Source: a virus
Lineage: Duplodnaviria > Caudoviricetes
Strand: one strand, 5' to 3'
Length of the DNA stretch: 64,000 bases
IMG/VR virus record: IMGVR_UViG_3300034082_002867
Location: 1-64,000 of that record
Shown here: piece by piece, positions 34,171-43,880 of the stretch
Layout of the letters: the number at the start of each line of letters is the position of its first letter
Position numbering within the stretch: position 1 is the stretch's first letter
The notes under the pieces: generated by a model
What the model was told of the DNA's origin: nothing
The model's input: only the letters and a program-made list of their open reading frames with translations
Database searches by the model: none
Translations under genes and position numbers: made by a program

Positions 34171-36052
34171 ATATGTTGTATTGAATAATATCTTCTGCGT
34201 TTCTGAAATAATTATTATTAATAGATAGATATGGCGCAAACACTATATCAAAATATTTATTATTAGCCCCTTTGCCTTCGAAAAATAACGGATCATCCAT
34301 TTTATTAAAATAGTTTAAGACTTTTTTAACATCAGGGTGCGAGTTTATTAAATCAAAATACTCGTTTCTTGTGAAGAAATAAATATCATAATCAGGGTAG
34401 GTCTTTTTAATGGAAGTCACTAAAGATGTGGCAATAATAATTTCTTCAACTCCATTGGGTTGAATAAATGCTATTTTTTTTGAATCTTTATTTTCTTTGA
34501 GAGAAGAAAGCATTTCATCTAAAAACGAATTTTGATTTTCTGACAAAGCTACTTTTCTGAAATAATTTAATACATCAGATCTTTTAAGATCAGCTTTTAA
34601 TCTTTGCATCCAATGAACGACACCTGCTGGATCTTGTTTCGTTAAGATGTTGTCATATAAAGATTCTACCCATTCTTTATCTTGTAAATTGGGATCTGGA
34701 TCGTAAAATGCATCGCATTTTAATTTTTTATTTTCAAAAACATAATCTACATGCGGAAAACTATCGAATAAATTTTCAAAAAACTTACCAACGACTTCTA
34801 TGCTATAATTATCTATTACAAATTGTCTTGCTGATTTACCCAATAGTTTCTTGGTTTCTAATGGTAAATTATATACATGCTGTAATTGAGAAAAAATGCT
34901 AGTTGGCAATGTAGAAGCTTTAATGAATTGAGTTCCAGGCTCTCTGTATTCAGCCCATTCAAGAGGAAAGCCTCCACTAGCTTCTGTGGAACAATCTTCG
35001 CCGCAACTATAATTAGTGACAAGAGTTATTAGTTCGGTCAGTTTTGCTTCTTGAATCGGGATTTCTTGTCCGCCAGAAGTGAATGGATGACAATATACAT
35101 CCATAAGATTATATATTTCATTCAATTGTTGTTCGTTTACTCCTGTTTTAACATTGGTGGTTTCGCAACTGTTTTGTGTGCGACAAAAATCACAATTTAC
35201 AACGTGAGACGAGAATGATTTTACATTATAAGCGTTGCAATTTTTACATATATAAGTAGTTAATATGTTTTTTGTATCAATTTCTTTTTCTTTTAAAAGC
35301 TTTAATATATCCCAACCTTCGTTCCAAGAGGTGTGTAAAAGAAGTTTTACTTTGGATTGTTTATTATTTTCTTGAAATAGTTTGAAACCATCGAGTAAAT
35401 TTGGAACTGATTTACGCAATTGGTTTCTAAAAACGAAACCAATAATGTATTCATCTGATAGCTTAAATCTATTTCTTAATTTTAATCTATCTTCATCAGT
35501 AAGACGATAAAAAGAAGAAGCGTCTAATGTTCCATGTACGGTTTTTACATGAGTGTGACCAAGTTTATGCATCGCTTTTTCAGCGAAAGATGCCCAAACA
35601 AAATAATTCTTTATCTTATCTGCGGCGTTAACCGCATCAGGAAGTATTGGAAGACTGTCTAATGTCGTATGAACGATGCAATGAATTTTATTCCACCATT
35701 CTTTTTCTATAAAGCCATTGAACGCCCAAACGTCTTCGATTCCTAAATAAATATCGGGTTTTAATTCTTTTACTGCATGATCAATCATTTCGGCTCCATA
35801 GCCAGCAGCATTTTTACGTCTTTCATCAATAGCTATTTCTTTATGAATCTCTGGATCGCTAGGTAACGTACCGTAAGATTCCCAAGGAACAAATTTTAAT
35901 TGTTCAGATTCCCAAGTATATCCATTACTTAATTCTATTATATCGTATTTGCCGGTATTATATAAATATGATAATAGATTCTTTTTATGCTTACCGAAGC
36001 CGGTAAACATTTTGCAAAAATTGCTATGAATTAAAACCCGTTTTTTACGCAT
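34157..36052 (-). CDS. GT-B glycosyltransferase (GT4-like) with C-terminal GT9-like segment
   Basis: FVFRNQLRKSVPNL, IYNLMDVYCHPFTSGGQEIPIQEA. Confidence 0.85.
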   Translation of the reverse strand: MRKKRVLIHSNFCKMFTGFGKHKKNLLSYLYNTGKYDIIELSNGYTWESEQLKFVPWESYGTLPSDPEIHKEIAIDERRKNAAGYGAEMIDHAVKELKPDIYLGIEDVWAFNGFIEKEWWNKIHCIVHTTLDSLPILPDAVNAADKIKNYFVWASFAEKAMHKLGHTHVKTVHGTLDASSFYRLTDEDRLKLRNRFKLSDEYIIGFVFRNQLRKSVPNLLDGFKLFQENNKQSKVKLLLHTSWNEGWDILKLLKEKEIDTKNILTTYICKNCNAYNVKSFSSHVVNCDFCRTQNSCETTNVKTGVNEQQLNEIYNLMDVYCHPFTSGGQEIPIQEAKLTELITLVTNYSCGEDCSTEASGGFPLEWAEYREPGTQFIKASTLPTSIFSQLQHVYNLPLETKKLLGKSARQFVIDNYSIEVVGKFFENLFDSFPHVDYVFENKKLKCDAFYDPDPNLQDKEWVESLYDNILTKQDPAGVVHWMQRLKADLKRSDVLNYFRKVALSENQNSFLDEMLSSLKENKDSKKIAFIQPNGVEEIIIATSLVTSIKKTYPDYDIYFFTRNEYFDLINSHPDVKKVLNYFNKMDDPLFFEGKGANNKYFDIVFAPYLSINNNYFRNAEDIIQYNIYESN

Positions 36053-36651
36053 TAGAAATCCATTTCTTCTGAATCAGCAACAACTGGTTCTACCTTCTTA
36101 GTCTTTGGAGCGGATTCTTGAACTGGTTCGCGCTTTTGTACTGGCGTTTGCGCTGGAGCTTGATCTGTCTTCGGAATCATCTTCCGAGAATCATCGAGAA
36201 CAGAATAAAACTTATTAATAAAAGCGATTAACCTAACAGCTTCTCCCGGTTCTAGTGGAACCTTGAAAGTGTCAGCACCGTTTCTAATAAAAGAAATACC
36301 GAATGCAGTATACTTTACAGCGTAATCGCCAGTACCCTTAGTCTTTTCATAAGGAGCTAACTTAATTTGCGTCTTATTTGATTCACTTGAATGGAATGCG
36401 GAATAAGAAGTCTTTTGTTGAAATGCATTGATCATTTCTCCAAGTTCAAATTCGTTGAACTTAACAGCAATAGTCTTTGAAGGATTATTTCTGCTTTCTG
36501 CGAATGATGCAGTCTTGGTCTGATCGTTCCAAGAGTGTTGAGCAATACAGTTTACATAAAACTGAGGCTCATTGTTTGGCTTTTGTGAGATTTGAAAACT
36601 AATTGCACAACCTTGATTCTTTGGGTTGGGCTTGTAAATCTGAAGATTCAT
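36052..36651 (-). CDS. Hypothetical protein, possible PC4/Whirly-like ssDNA-binding protein with acidic tail
   Basis: Beta-beta-beta-alpha repeat pattern (KFNEFELGEM; VPLEPGEAVRL); ends DSEEMDF. Confidence 0.45.
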   Translation of the reverse strand: MNLQIYKPNPKNQGCAISFQISQKPNNEPQFYVNCIAQHSWNDQTKTASFAESRNNPSKTIAVKFNEFELGEMINAFQQKTSYSAFHSSESNKTQIKLAPYEKTKGTGDYAVKYTAFGISFIRNGADTFKVPLEPGEAVRLIAFINKFYSVLDDSRKMIPKTDQAPAQTPVQKREPVQESAPKTKKVEPVVADSEEMDF

Positions 36652-36684
36652 ATATCGCAGGATATTATTAGTATCCTGCGATAT
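36652..36684 (-). promoter_or_regulatory. Perfect 13-bp hairpin abutting the start codon at 36651
   Basis: ATATCGCAGGATA-N7-TATCCTGCGATAT; no U-tract. Confidence 0.65.
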
Positions 36685-36695
36685 TTCTAGCCAAA

Positions 36696-36923
36696 TTATT
36701 CGAAATAATAAAACAAACTTCTAGCAGTTCCGCTAACAACTGGACTAGAAATTTTAATTGGAACGGTAGGATTTAAAGACTGATTTGCGCCTACAGTTAC
36801 AGTGCCAAAATCGCCGCTAAATGAAGCTAGTGCAGAAACGATATAGACATCTTTATCGCTAGTTGGGGTGATAGTTGTTCCAGTATTGAAATAACAAAAT
36901 TGTAAATCTTGATTATAAGACAT
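36696..36923 (-). CDS. Hypothetical protein
   Basis: ORF track; GTGTAA box 8 nt upstream. Confidence 0.6.
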   Translation of the reverse strand: MSYNQDLQFCYFNTGTTITPTSDKDVYIVSALASFSGDFGTVTVGANQSLNPTVPIKISSPVVSGTARSLFYYFE

Positions 36924-36937
36924 ATAATTTATTACAC

Positions 36938-38086
36938 TTATTGACTAGCTTTTAGAAGAGCGTCTAATTTATCAGTAGGAGTTGCAATGCCTCCGATAGC
37001 GGTAAATATAGAAAGACCTTCTTTCACTCCTTTGTAAACGCCTTGGTGAACTGTGCTGTTGGTTTTAAGAGTTCTATTTAATTGATTGAAAGCGTTGTCT
37101 AAGTATTCTTGAGGAATACTATCTAATGTCTTTTCATCGCAAATAGCCACAGCAGCAGCGGTGCTACCAGTAGAAAGATCAAGCTCGCCGCAAAGAACAT
37201 TTCTCTTAAGATTTTCGCGTACTGCTTTGCTGATCTCGGATTCACTACTAACATTAGTAATGTTAGCTGCACCAAAAACCATAATACCAGAATCGAGAAC
37301 AGTTCTGAAATCATTTGTGTCAAATGTGCTATACTGACTATTTTTAGTAATTATGTTGTTAAACAAATGGAACAAAGAACAAATATTTGCATTTGCTACT
37401 TGCCAGAATTTATTTACAGATAATTTTGGATAAAGAGAATTGATTCTTTCGTTATCAAGAATGATAAGAGGAGAAACAATCTTTTGTTCTACTAGTTCGC
37501 AAGCTTCTTTTAATGTTTCATAAGCGTTTTGACTCACCTTCTTACCTTCAGAAAGTTTTGGCAGAGCTAGAATCAAGCCAACGTAAGGAGAGCCAGCTTT
37601 AATCGTGTTCTGATATTCTTTAACGGTTTTAACAAGCTCAGAACAAACACCAGCGCCAGTTCCACCGCCAGCACCAACTGTTACAAAGATACGATCTATA
37701 TCAGTACCGATAGAAGACTTAATAAAATCAACGACATCTTCTTTACTGTTTAAAAAAGCCTGTTTAGCGAATTCTCTGTTTTTTCCTGCTCCTTGTTGTT
37801 CGCCAAATTTCATTTTATTTGGTACATTAATTGTCGCAAGATCTTGATCGGCGGTATTAATAACACCAACGCGAGCGTAACCAATTTGAGAAAATGTTTC
37901 AGCCAATTTTCCGCCACCTTGACCAGCACCAATAAATCCAAATTTAAAACCTACAGAATCTCTATCTTTAGGTTCTGGCTTTTCATTTTGCGGTGGTTCA
38001 GGAATGTCTGGCATCACAAAATCAAATGTGTCATTAGATGATGGCGGATTTGGATTTATACCATAAATAGGGTTATGTTCATTCAT
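36938..38086 (-). CDS. Tubulin/FtsZ-superfamily GTPase
   Basis: GAGQGGGK (T1), INTADQDL (T2), GAGKNREFA (T3), GAGGGTGAG (T4 signature), FDTNDF (T7). Confidence 0.92.
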   Translation of the reverse strand: MNEHNPIYGINPNPPSSNDTFDFVMPDIPEPPQNEKPEPKDRDSVGFKFGFIGAGQGGGKLAETFSQIGYARVGVINTADQDLATINVPNKMKFGEQQGAGKNREFAKQAFLNSKEDVVDFIKSSIGTDIDRIFVTVGAGGGTGAGVCSELVKTVKEYQNTIKAGSPYVGLILALPKLSEGKKVSQNAYETLKEACELVEQKIVSPLIILDNERINSLYPKLSVNKFWQVANANICSLFHLFNNIITKNSQYSTFDTNDFRTVLDSGIMVFGAANITNVSSESEISKAVRENLKRNVLCGELDLSTGSTAAAVAICDEKTLDSIPQEYLDNAFNQLNRTLKTNSTVHQGVYKGVKEGLSIFTAIGGIATPTDKLDALLKASQ

Positions 38087-38089
38087 ATA

Positions 38090-38293
38090 TTATAGAATAT
38101 TTAAACTGTCACCTTTACGAACGTCATCCCAACTGGTTTCGCCTTTAGATTTATGACGAATCTTATATTGAGAATAACAAACAGCAACGCGCTGCTTTTG
38201 ATCTTTAAAGTCTTTATTCATCATATCGTCACCCATGCAACGACTAACGAATTCTTGTTCTGTTTCTTTTTTAGATGGTTTCGGAAGCGGCAT
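38090..38293 (-). CDS. Conserved small phage protein (MPLPKP..EFVSRCM..QRVAVCY)
   Basis: ORF track. Confidence 0.7.
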   Translation of the reverse strand: MPLPKPSKKETEQEFVSRCMGDDMMNKDFKDQKQRVAVCYSQYKIRHKSKGETSWDDVRKGDSLNIL

Positions 38294-38296
38294 AGA

Positions 38297-40705
38297 TTAT
38301 ATTACACAAATATTACCATCTTTGATAGAAATTTCTAAATTCAATTTCTTGTCCGCATCTAGCATTTTTTCTGCAACTTGAGTTTGCAATTCACGTTGAA
38401 TGGTTTTGATAACTTGTCTTGCGCCAAAATTATTAAATTGAATCTTACTGAAGATATGATTTGTAACTTCTGAAGAATATTTAATAGTTACGTCTCTATT
38501 AGATAGATCGCTTTTAAATAGTTGAAGTTCTTTCTCTATGATTGATTTGATATTCTCTTCACCAAGGGAATCAAAAATAACAATTTCATCGATTCGATTA
38601 AGTAAATCAGCGGGAAAATGTTTTTTAATTGATGATAGCACATCTGATTTGCTAGATTTTTGTTTGCCGAATCCAATAGCAGAATGATTGATGCTTTCGG
38701 CACCAATGTTTGTAGTCATGACAATCATGGAATTAGAAAAATCAACCGTTTTTCCTGAAGAGTCGGTTATCTTGCCTTCTTCTAAAATTTGTAACAAACA
38801 ATACAAAACATCTTCATCAGCTTTTTGTATTTCATCAAAAAGAATCAAAGAGTATGGATTCTTTCTAACTTTCTCTGTTAGAACTCCTCCTTTATCAAAT
38901 CCAATATAACCGGGGTTAGAACCAACTAATTTATTTACAGCCGCTTTGTCTGTGTATTCAGACATATCGATTGTTATAAAATTATTTTTATTAATAAATA
39001 GACACTCAGCTATGATTTTTGCAGTCATGGTCTTTCCAACACCTGTTGGACCTGCATAAAGCATAGAACATATCGGTTTGCTAGGGTTGCGAAAGCCAGC
39101 CTTGACCCTAATTAAAGATTTATAAATATGTTCTATTTGAGGTTCTTGACCGAAAACTTGTTCTTTCAGTTTGATCTTGAGAGATTTAACTTTTTCAAAG
39201 TCTTGTAATTTTAAATCATCAATTGGAATATTTGTTTTATCAGATATAACTTCTAAAATATCAGAGTTTGTTATTTGATATTTATTATTTCGCCAATTGT
39301 TTATCATCTTTTTTGTTGATTCTTCATATTCAACTAAAAGAGTTTCTAAAGAAGCTATTTTTTTGTTTTCGCTAACTCGTTCGTTTGAGCCGACAAATTT
39401 GCTGAGTTTTTTTTCTATCTTGATCATCTCGGCGGATTTTACAAAATTTTTCAATTTAACTTTCGCTCCAACTTGATCAATAATATCTAAAGCTTTATCA
39501 GGGAATCTTCCTTCAATATATTTCTCAGCACTGTTAATAGTAAAGCGTAAAACTTCGTCAGTAAAATCAATAATATGAAAACTCTCGTATCCGCCTTTAA
39601 TATTTTTAATTAAATTAAAAGTTTGTTCTTTTGTCGGCTCTTCAATTTTAATGATTTGAAAACGCCTAGATAAAGCTGGATCGTCTGAAATGGTTTTTTT
39701 ATATTCATCAAATGTTGTTGCTCCAATACAGCTAATCTCTCCTCTAGCTAAATATGGTTTTAAAATATTAGCCATGTCGTTTCCATTCTCTGGATTACCA
39801 GCACCAATAATAGTGTGAATTTCATCTATAAAAAGAATAATGTATGGATCATCAGTTATTTCTTTTAATAGGTTCTTAATCTTTTCTTCAAATTCGCCGC
39901 GAAATTTACAACCAGCAATCATCATGGGAATGTCTAGGCTATAAATTTGTTTAAGACTAAGCAAATCCGAAGCTTCTCCTTTTACTATCGCTTGAGCCAA
40001 AGATTCAACAAGTGCGGTTTTACCTACACCGGCTTCGCCAACAATTAAAGGATTGTTCTTATTTTTGCGGCAAAGGACTTCTGAAATTTTTTGTATTAGT
40101 TCTTTATTTAAATGTAAGTTATTAATTTTTCCATTAACTACTTGTGTATTTAAATTGTTAGCATAAGTGTTTAAGATTTTATACTTCTTAATATCAAAGG
40201 TTTGCTTCGCTTTATTAGGAACATTTATTTCTTCTTCTTCAACACTTGGAAGCATGTCGTCGTTTTCTAGCTTTTGTTCAACGTAATCTACTATTTTAAC
40301 AAAGTCATAATTATAATCTATTAAGTATAGTTCAAACTTTTGATCAGGCACTTCAAATAAACTTATAAATACATGTTCTAAACCAATATACTTATGATCA
40401 AATTTAGAAGATATACTCTTGGCGCATTTAAAAATGGTCTTTATGCCTTCAGATAATAAAGGTCTAGTTACTGCTTTCTTTTGCGCTGTAGTGTTGGTTT
40501 TTAAAAATTTTATAGCACTGTTTTTTATTTTTAAAGAATCTATTCCAAAATTACCAAACGCTTCTTCTATTTGGCTTTGACTAAGATTAAGAAAACTTAT
40601 AAACAAATGAAGATGCGTGATCTCTGTGTGCTTGAAATCTACGGCTATTTTATAAGCTTCTTTGATTAGTTTTTGCGCTCTAGGAGTAAGATTTAAATTT
40701 TTCAT
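38297..40705 (-). CDS. ClpC/ClpA-type Hsp100 ATPase
   Basis: Clp N-domain, GEAGVGKT, GPTGVGKT, LFIDEIH, LFDEIQK, ClpP-docking IGF loop. Confidence 0.92.
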   Translation of the reverse strand: MKNLNLTPRAQKLIKEAYKIAVDFKHTEITHLHLFISFLNLSQSQIEEAFGNFGIDSLKIKNSAIKFLKTNTTAQKKAVTRPLLSEGIKTIFKCAKSISSKFDHKYIGLEHVFISLFEVPDQKFELYLIDYNYDFVKIVDYVEQKLENDDMLPSVEEEEINVPNKAKQTFDIKKYKILNTYANNLNTQVVNGKINNLHLNKELIQKISEVLCRKNKNNPLIVGEAGVGKTALVESLAQAIVKGEASDLLSLKQIYSLDIPMMIAGCKFRGEFEEKIKNLLKEITDDPYIILFIDEIHTIIGAGNPENGNDMANILKPYLARGEISCIGATTFDEYKKTISDDPALSRRFQIIKIEEPTKEQTFNLIKNIKGGYESFHIIDFTDEVLRFTINSAEKYIEGRFPDKALDIIDQVGAKVKLKNFVKSAEMIKIEKKLSKFVGSNERVSENKKIASLETLLVEYEESTKKMINNWRNNKYQITNSDILEVISDKTNIPIDDLKLQDFEKVKSLKIKLKEQVFGQEPQIEHIYKSLIRVKAGFRNPSKPICSMLYAGPTGVGKTMTAKIIAECLFINKNNFITIDMSEYTDKAAVNKLVGSNPGYIGFDKGGVLTEKVRKNPYSLILFDEIQKADEDVLYCLLQILEEGKITDSSGKTVDFSNSMIVMTTNIGAESINHSAIGFGKQKSSKSDVLSSIKKHFPADLLNRIDEIVIFDSLGEENIKSIIEKELQLFKSDLSNRDVTIKYSSEVTNHIFSKIQFNNFGARQVIKTIQRELQTQVAEKMLDADKKLNLEISIKDGNICVI

Positions 40706-43254
40706 TCTATATCAGATAATTTCATGTAGATCTTTTCGTCTAAGATTCCTATGTTCTCTATCCATAACACATCATCTCCTTTTCTGCCAGTGAAAACTAC
40801 AATACTTTCTTTCTCTGGTATCTTTAGACCGTCTTCAAGATATTCTGTTAATCTCTGATGTTTTCCACCATCTAAAAACATAGCACTTATGCTGCCCACT
40901 TCATCTTTTAATTGAAAACGATAAAACGTAGAGTTAGATTTTTTAGTCTTTCCTTTATATACGTCATCTATTACACCAATCATTTTAATTCTGTCTTCTT
41001 TAAAAGCAGAATGAAACTCTAACGTATCTGTGAAAGTGCATTCAGATTGTTGGAAAATTGTCTTTAGTCTAATTGTTGGAGTGTATCCTAACAACCTGTT
41101 TTCAAAGACCCAGTTTGCAAATTTTTCATAATTCTTGTTTTGCTCGTAGATTTTCTTATACTCATCATACTTTTTCTTGAATGTGACCTTACGCTTTTCA
41201 TTCATGAATGGTTTTCCGCTTTCATTAAGAGATTGAGCTTTGAACGCGCATTCACTAATAATATTTAAGATATCATAATCGTATTTTGGGCCGACACTAC
41301 AAGCGAACTTCTTTTCTTTGTCTGTTAAGACATTAAAAGCTTGAGCTTCAAGGACCAAGCGTGATCGTCGATGAGTATATGAGCCAAGAGTTCCAGCTTG
41401 AATCAAAGATGAAAGTACGCCTATATTAATTCCTGCTTGTTTTGCAGAAATAAAGATATCGAATTTTGTGGGAGTAGTTGTTTCGCGAAAATTCTGAAGA
41501 GATTGAAGAGTCTTTTCTGAAACGCCTTTGATAGAATTCAAACCAAATCTAATATTTCCATCTTCAATCTTGAAATCAAGAGATGACTTGGCTAGATCAG
41601 GAGGCAAAAGCTTAATGTCAAAGAATACTAACTCTTTAGATATTTTGTTAATTTCTTGATGTGAATCAGGTTCAAATTTAGACAATCGAAGAAGAGCTAA
41701 GAAAAATTCATGTGGATATTTGAATTTAAGATAAATCGTCCATGCAGCTAAAATAGCGTATGAAATCGAGTGCGATTTATTAAAAGAATAATTTGCTGAG
41801 TCTTCAGCTACCTTCCATAACACATCTCCAATTGCTGGGTCTAAATTCTGCTCTGTAACTTTTTGACGGATCTTGCCTTGCCAAGCTGGCATTTGATCTA
41901 CTTTCTTTTTACCAACAATTCGACGCAACTGTTCAGATTCATCAAGAGTAAATCCAAGACGCACGGCCATCTTCATTAATTGCTCCTGATAGAGAGGAAT
42001 GCCTCCAGTGTATGAAAGCTCGTCTTTAAAGAAATCATGCACCAATTGGAATACTCCTGATGCGGAATATGTAGCGTACTGATCAGCGAAGTCCAAAGCA
42101 CCGGGGCGAGCAATAGCCACCACTGCACTAAGTTGTTCTAGCGACTTGGGTTGAACTTTACGACATACTTTAAAATTAGTTTCAGCTTCAATTTGAAATA
42201 ATCCTTGTGGAGTTCTAAGACCCTGCAAGTTTTCATAAATAAAAGGATCTTCTGGATCAATAGAAGCCATTTGTATATTTAACCTCTTGCAAACCTCACT
42301 AACCACAGTTAAAGTCCTCAACCCAAGAACGTCAAACTTCACCATCAACTCAGCTACATAATTCATATCGTAGCCGCTAACTAAATCGCCATCCGAAGTC
42401 TTTTGTACTGGGCAGACTTCTTCAATCTTGTAATAAGAAATAGCGATACCGGAAGGATGAACGCCAGTATTCTTGTTCAAGCCTTCAATCTTCTTTCCTA
42501 TTTCGAAAACGAATTTATTCTGATCCACCCAAGCTTTGAATTTATCGTTAGCTTTATAAGCCTCTTCTAATTCAAAAACTCGACCAAATAGTTTTGGAAT
42601 ATTATCGCTGACTTCGTTTACCTCTGTCTCGGAAAGACCGCCGACAATTTTTCCACATTCTTTGATGCAAAGTTTACTAGATAAAGTATTAAGAGTTAAT
42701 ATCTTTGATGTTTTACCTAGATGCTTTTGCTCGATATATTTAATTACTTCAATACGTCGATCATAACTAATGTCGTTATCAACGTCAGGAAGCAAAGAAC
42801 CGTCAAGATAAGTTATGTCATCTTTAATAATCTTCTTTGCGCGAGAGCGACTAACGAAACGCTCAAAGAACAACTCGTATCTTATTGGATCGACTTTCGT
42901 AACACCCACGATAAACAAAACCAAAGAACCCGCAGCACTACCACGGCCAGCACCAGTTGGAATATTATTTTCATGGCAGAAATTAAGAATATCCCAGTTG
43001 AGAAGTACATAGTCAACGAAGTCAAGCTCTTTGAAGATTTCTAACTCCATCTCCATTCGCTCAACATATTGATTATTATTTAATCCTAAATTATTTAAAC
43101 TCTTGTAACACAAAGTCTTCAGAAATGTAAAATTATCTGAAGAAGTGGGTATGCTCAACAAGTCGTAATATTTACTTTCGATGGAGATCTGTGGCAATCG
43201 AACGCCGGGAAGCATGGCGTTATCATAAGGCTTTATGTCTTGTAAAAAATTCAT
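40702..43254 (-). CDS. dnaE: DNA polymerase III alpha catalytic core lacking the PHP domain
   Basis: GRGSAAGS, LLFERF-like region, PDVDND, GVHPSG, KFDVLGL, YSFNKSH, OB-fold end. Confidence 0.95.
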   Translation of the reverse strand: MNFLQDIKPYDNAMLPGVRLPQISIESKYYDLLSIPTSSDNFTFLKTLCYKSLNNLGLNNNQYVERMEMELEIFKELDFVDYVLLNWDILNFCHENNIPTGAGRGSAAGSLVLFIVGVTKVDPIRYELFFERFVSRSRAKKIIKDDITYLDGSLLPDVDNDISYDRRIEVIKYIEQKHLGKTSKILTLNTLSSKLCIKECGKIVGGLSETEVNEVSDNIPKLFGRVFELEEAYKANDKFKAWVDQNKFVFEIGKKIEGLNKNTGVHPSGIAISYYKIEEVCPVQKTSDGDLVSGYDMNYVAELMVKFDVLGLRTLTVVSEVCKRLNIQMASIDPEDPFIYENLQGLRTPQGLFQIEAETNFKVCRKVQPKSLEQLSAVVAIARPGALDFADQYATYSASGVFQLVHDFFKDELSYTGGIPLYQEQLMKMAVRLGFTLDESEQLRRIVGKKKVDQMPAWQGKIRQKVTEQNLDPAIGDVLWKVAEDSANYSFNKSHSISYAILAAWTIYLKFKYPHEFFLALLRLSKFEPDSHQEINKISKELVFFDIKLLPPDLAKSSLDFKIEDGNIRFGLNSIKGVSEKTLQSLQNFRETTTPTKFDIFISAKQAGINIGVLSSLIQAGTLGSYTHRRSRLVLEAQAFNVLTDKEKKFACSVGPKYDYDILNIISECAFKAQSLNESGKPFMNEKRKVTFKKKYDEYKKIYEQNKNYEKFANWVFENRLLGYTPTIRLKTIFQQSECTFTDTLEFHSAFKEDRIKMIGVIDDVYKGKTKKSNSTFYRFQLKDEVGSISAMFLDGGKHQRLTEYLEDGLKIPEKESIVVFTGRKGDDVLWIENIGILDEKIYMKLSDIE

Positions 43255-43880
43255 ATTTCAATTTGCCAAAGCTGCTTCTGAAAAATCTTAAAATTCATCT
43301 GAACGTCGTACATAGAATTATGTAGCATGTTCTCGTCAAAGTCAATCTTATATTCTTTCAATTGAGTTTTAATGCTGGTCTTCAAGCCTTTTTCTCGAAA
43401 ATCATTTAATCTATACTGCCAGAAAGTAAAATCAGAATCTCTTTGGGGTTTTAGATTCTTTTTAATGGCTTTGGCGATACAGTTAGTATCAACAATCCTC
43501 TTAACGTAAGAGAAATCACTTTTATAACCGAGAAGTCTTCTGTATGTGTTGTGGATATAAACGTCAAAACCAAGAAGATTTTGTCCTATAATTAAGTATT
43601 GATCATCATAAATGATCTCCTCAAACGCAGCCAACACTTCTTTTGGATCGACTGCTAGTGAACGATATTTGCGCTCATCAAAATGAGTGACGAGTTTGGC
43701 TCCTTCAGAAAGCTTTAAATCAGGCCAATAGATATGATTATCTACTTCTTTAATTATGTTGCTACCTTTAGCTATTAAATAGCTTAGTTGCCAAGGTTTA
43801 TTGCTGTTGTCTAAAAGATTGAGATGGCAGGTCTCAAAATCAAAGCAAATGTATTTTTGTTCTTTATTAAATCGTAACAT
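43251..43880 (-). CDS. DEDDh 3'-5' exonuclease (epsilon/DnaQ-like)
   Basis: DFET, GQNLLGFD, HNSMYDV. Confidence 0.88.
   Translation of the reverse strand: MLRFNKEQKYICFDFETCHLNLLDNSNKPWQLSYLIAKGSNIIKEVDNHIYWPDLKLSEGAKLVTHFDERKYRSLAVDPKEVLAAFEEIIYDDQYLIIGQNLLGFDVYIHNTYRRLLGYKSDFSYVKRIVDTNCIAKAIKKNLKPQRDSDFTFWQYRLNDFREKGLKTSIKTQLKEYKIDFDENMLHNSMYDVQMNFKIFQKQLWQIEI

Noticed and set aside
36938-38086. Calling the GTPase PhuZ and the phage nucleus-forming
   Set aside because: No chimallin or multisubunit RNAP in the window, and replication is DnaE-based; cannot be decided from this window
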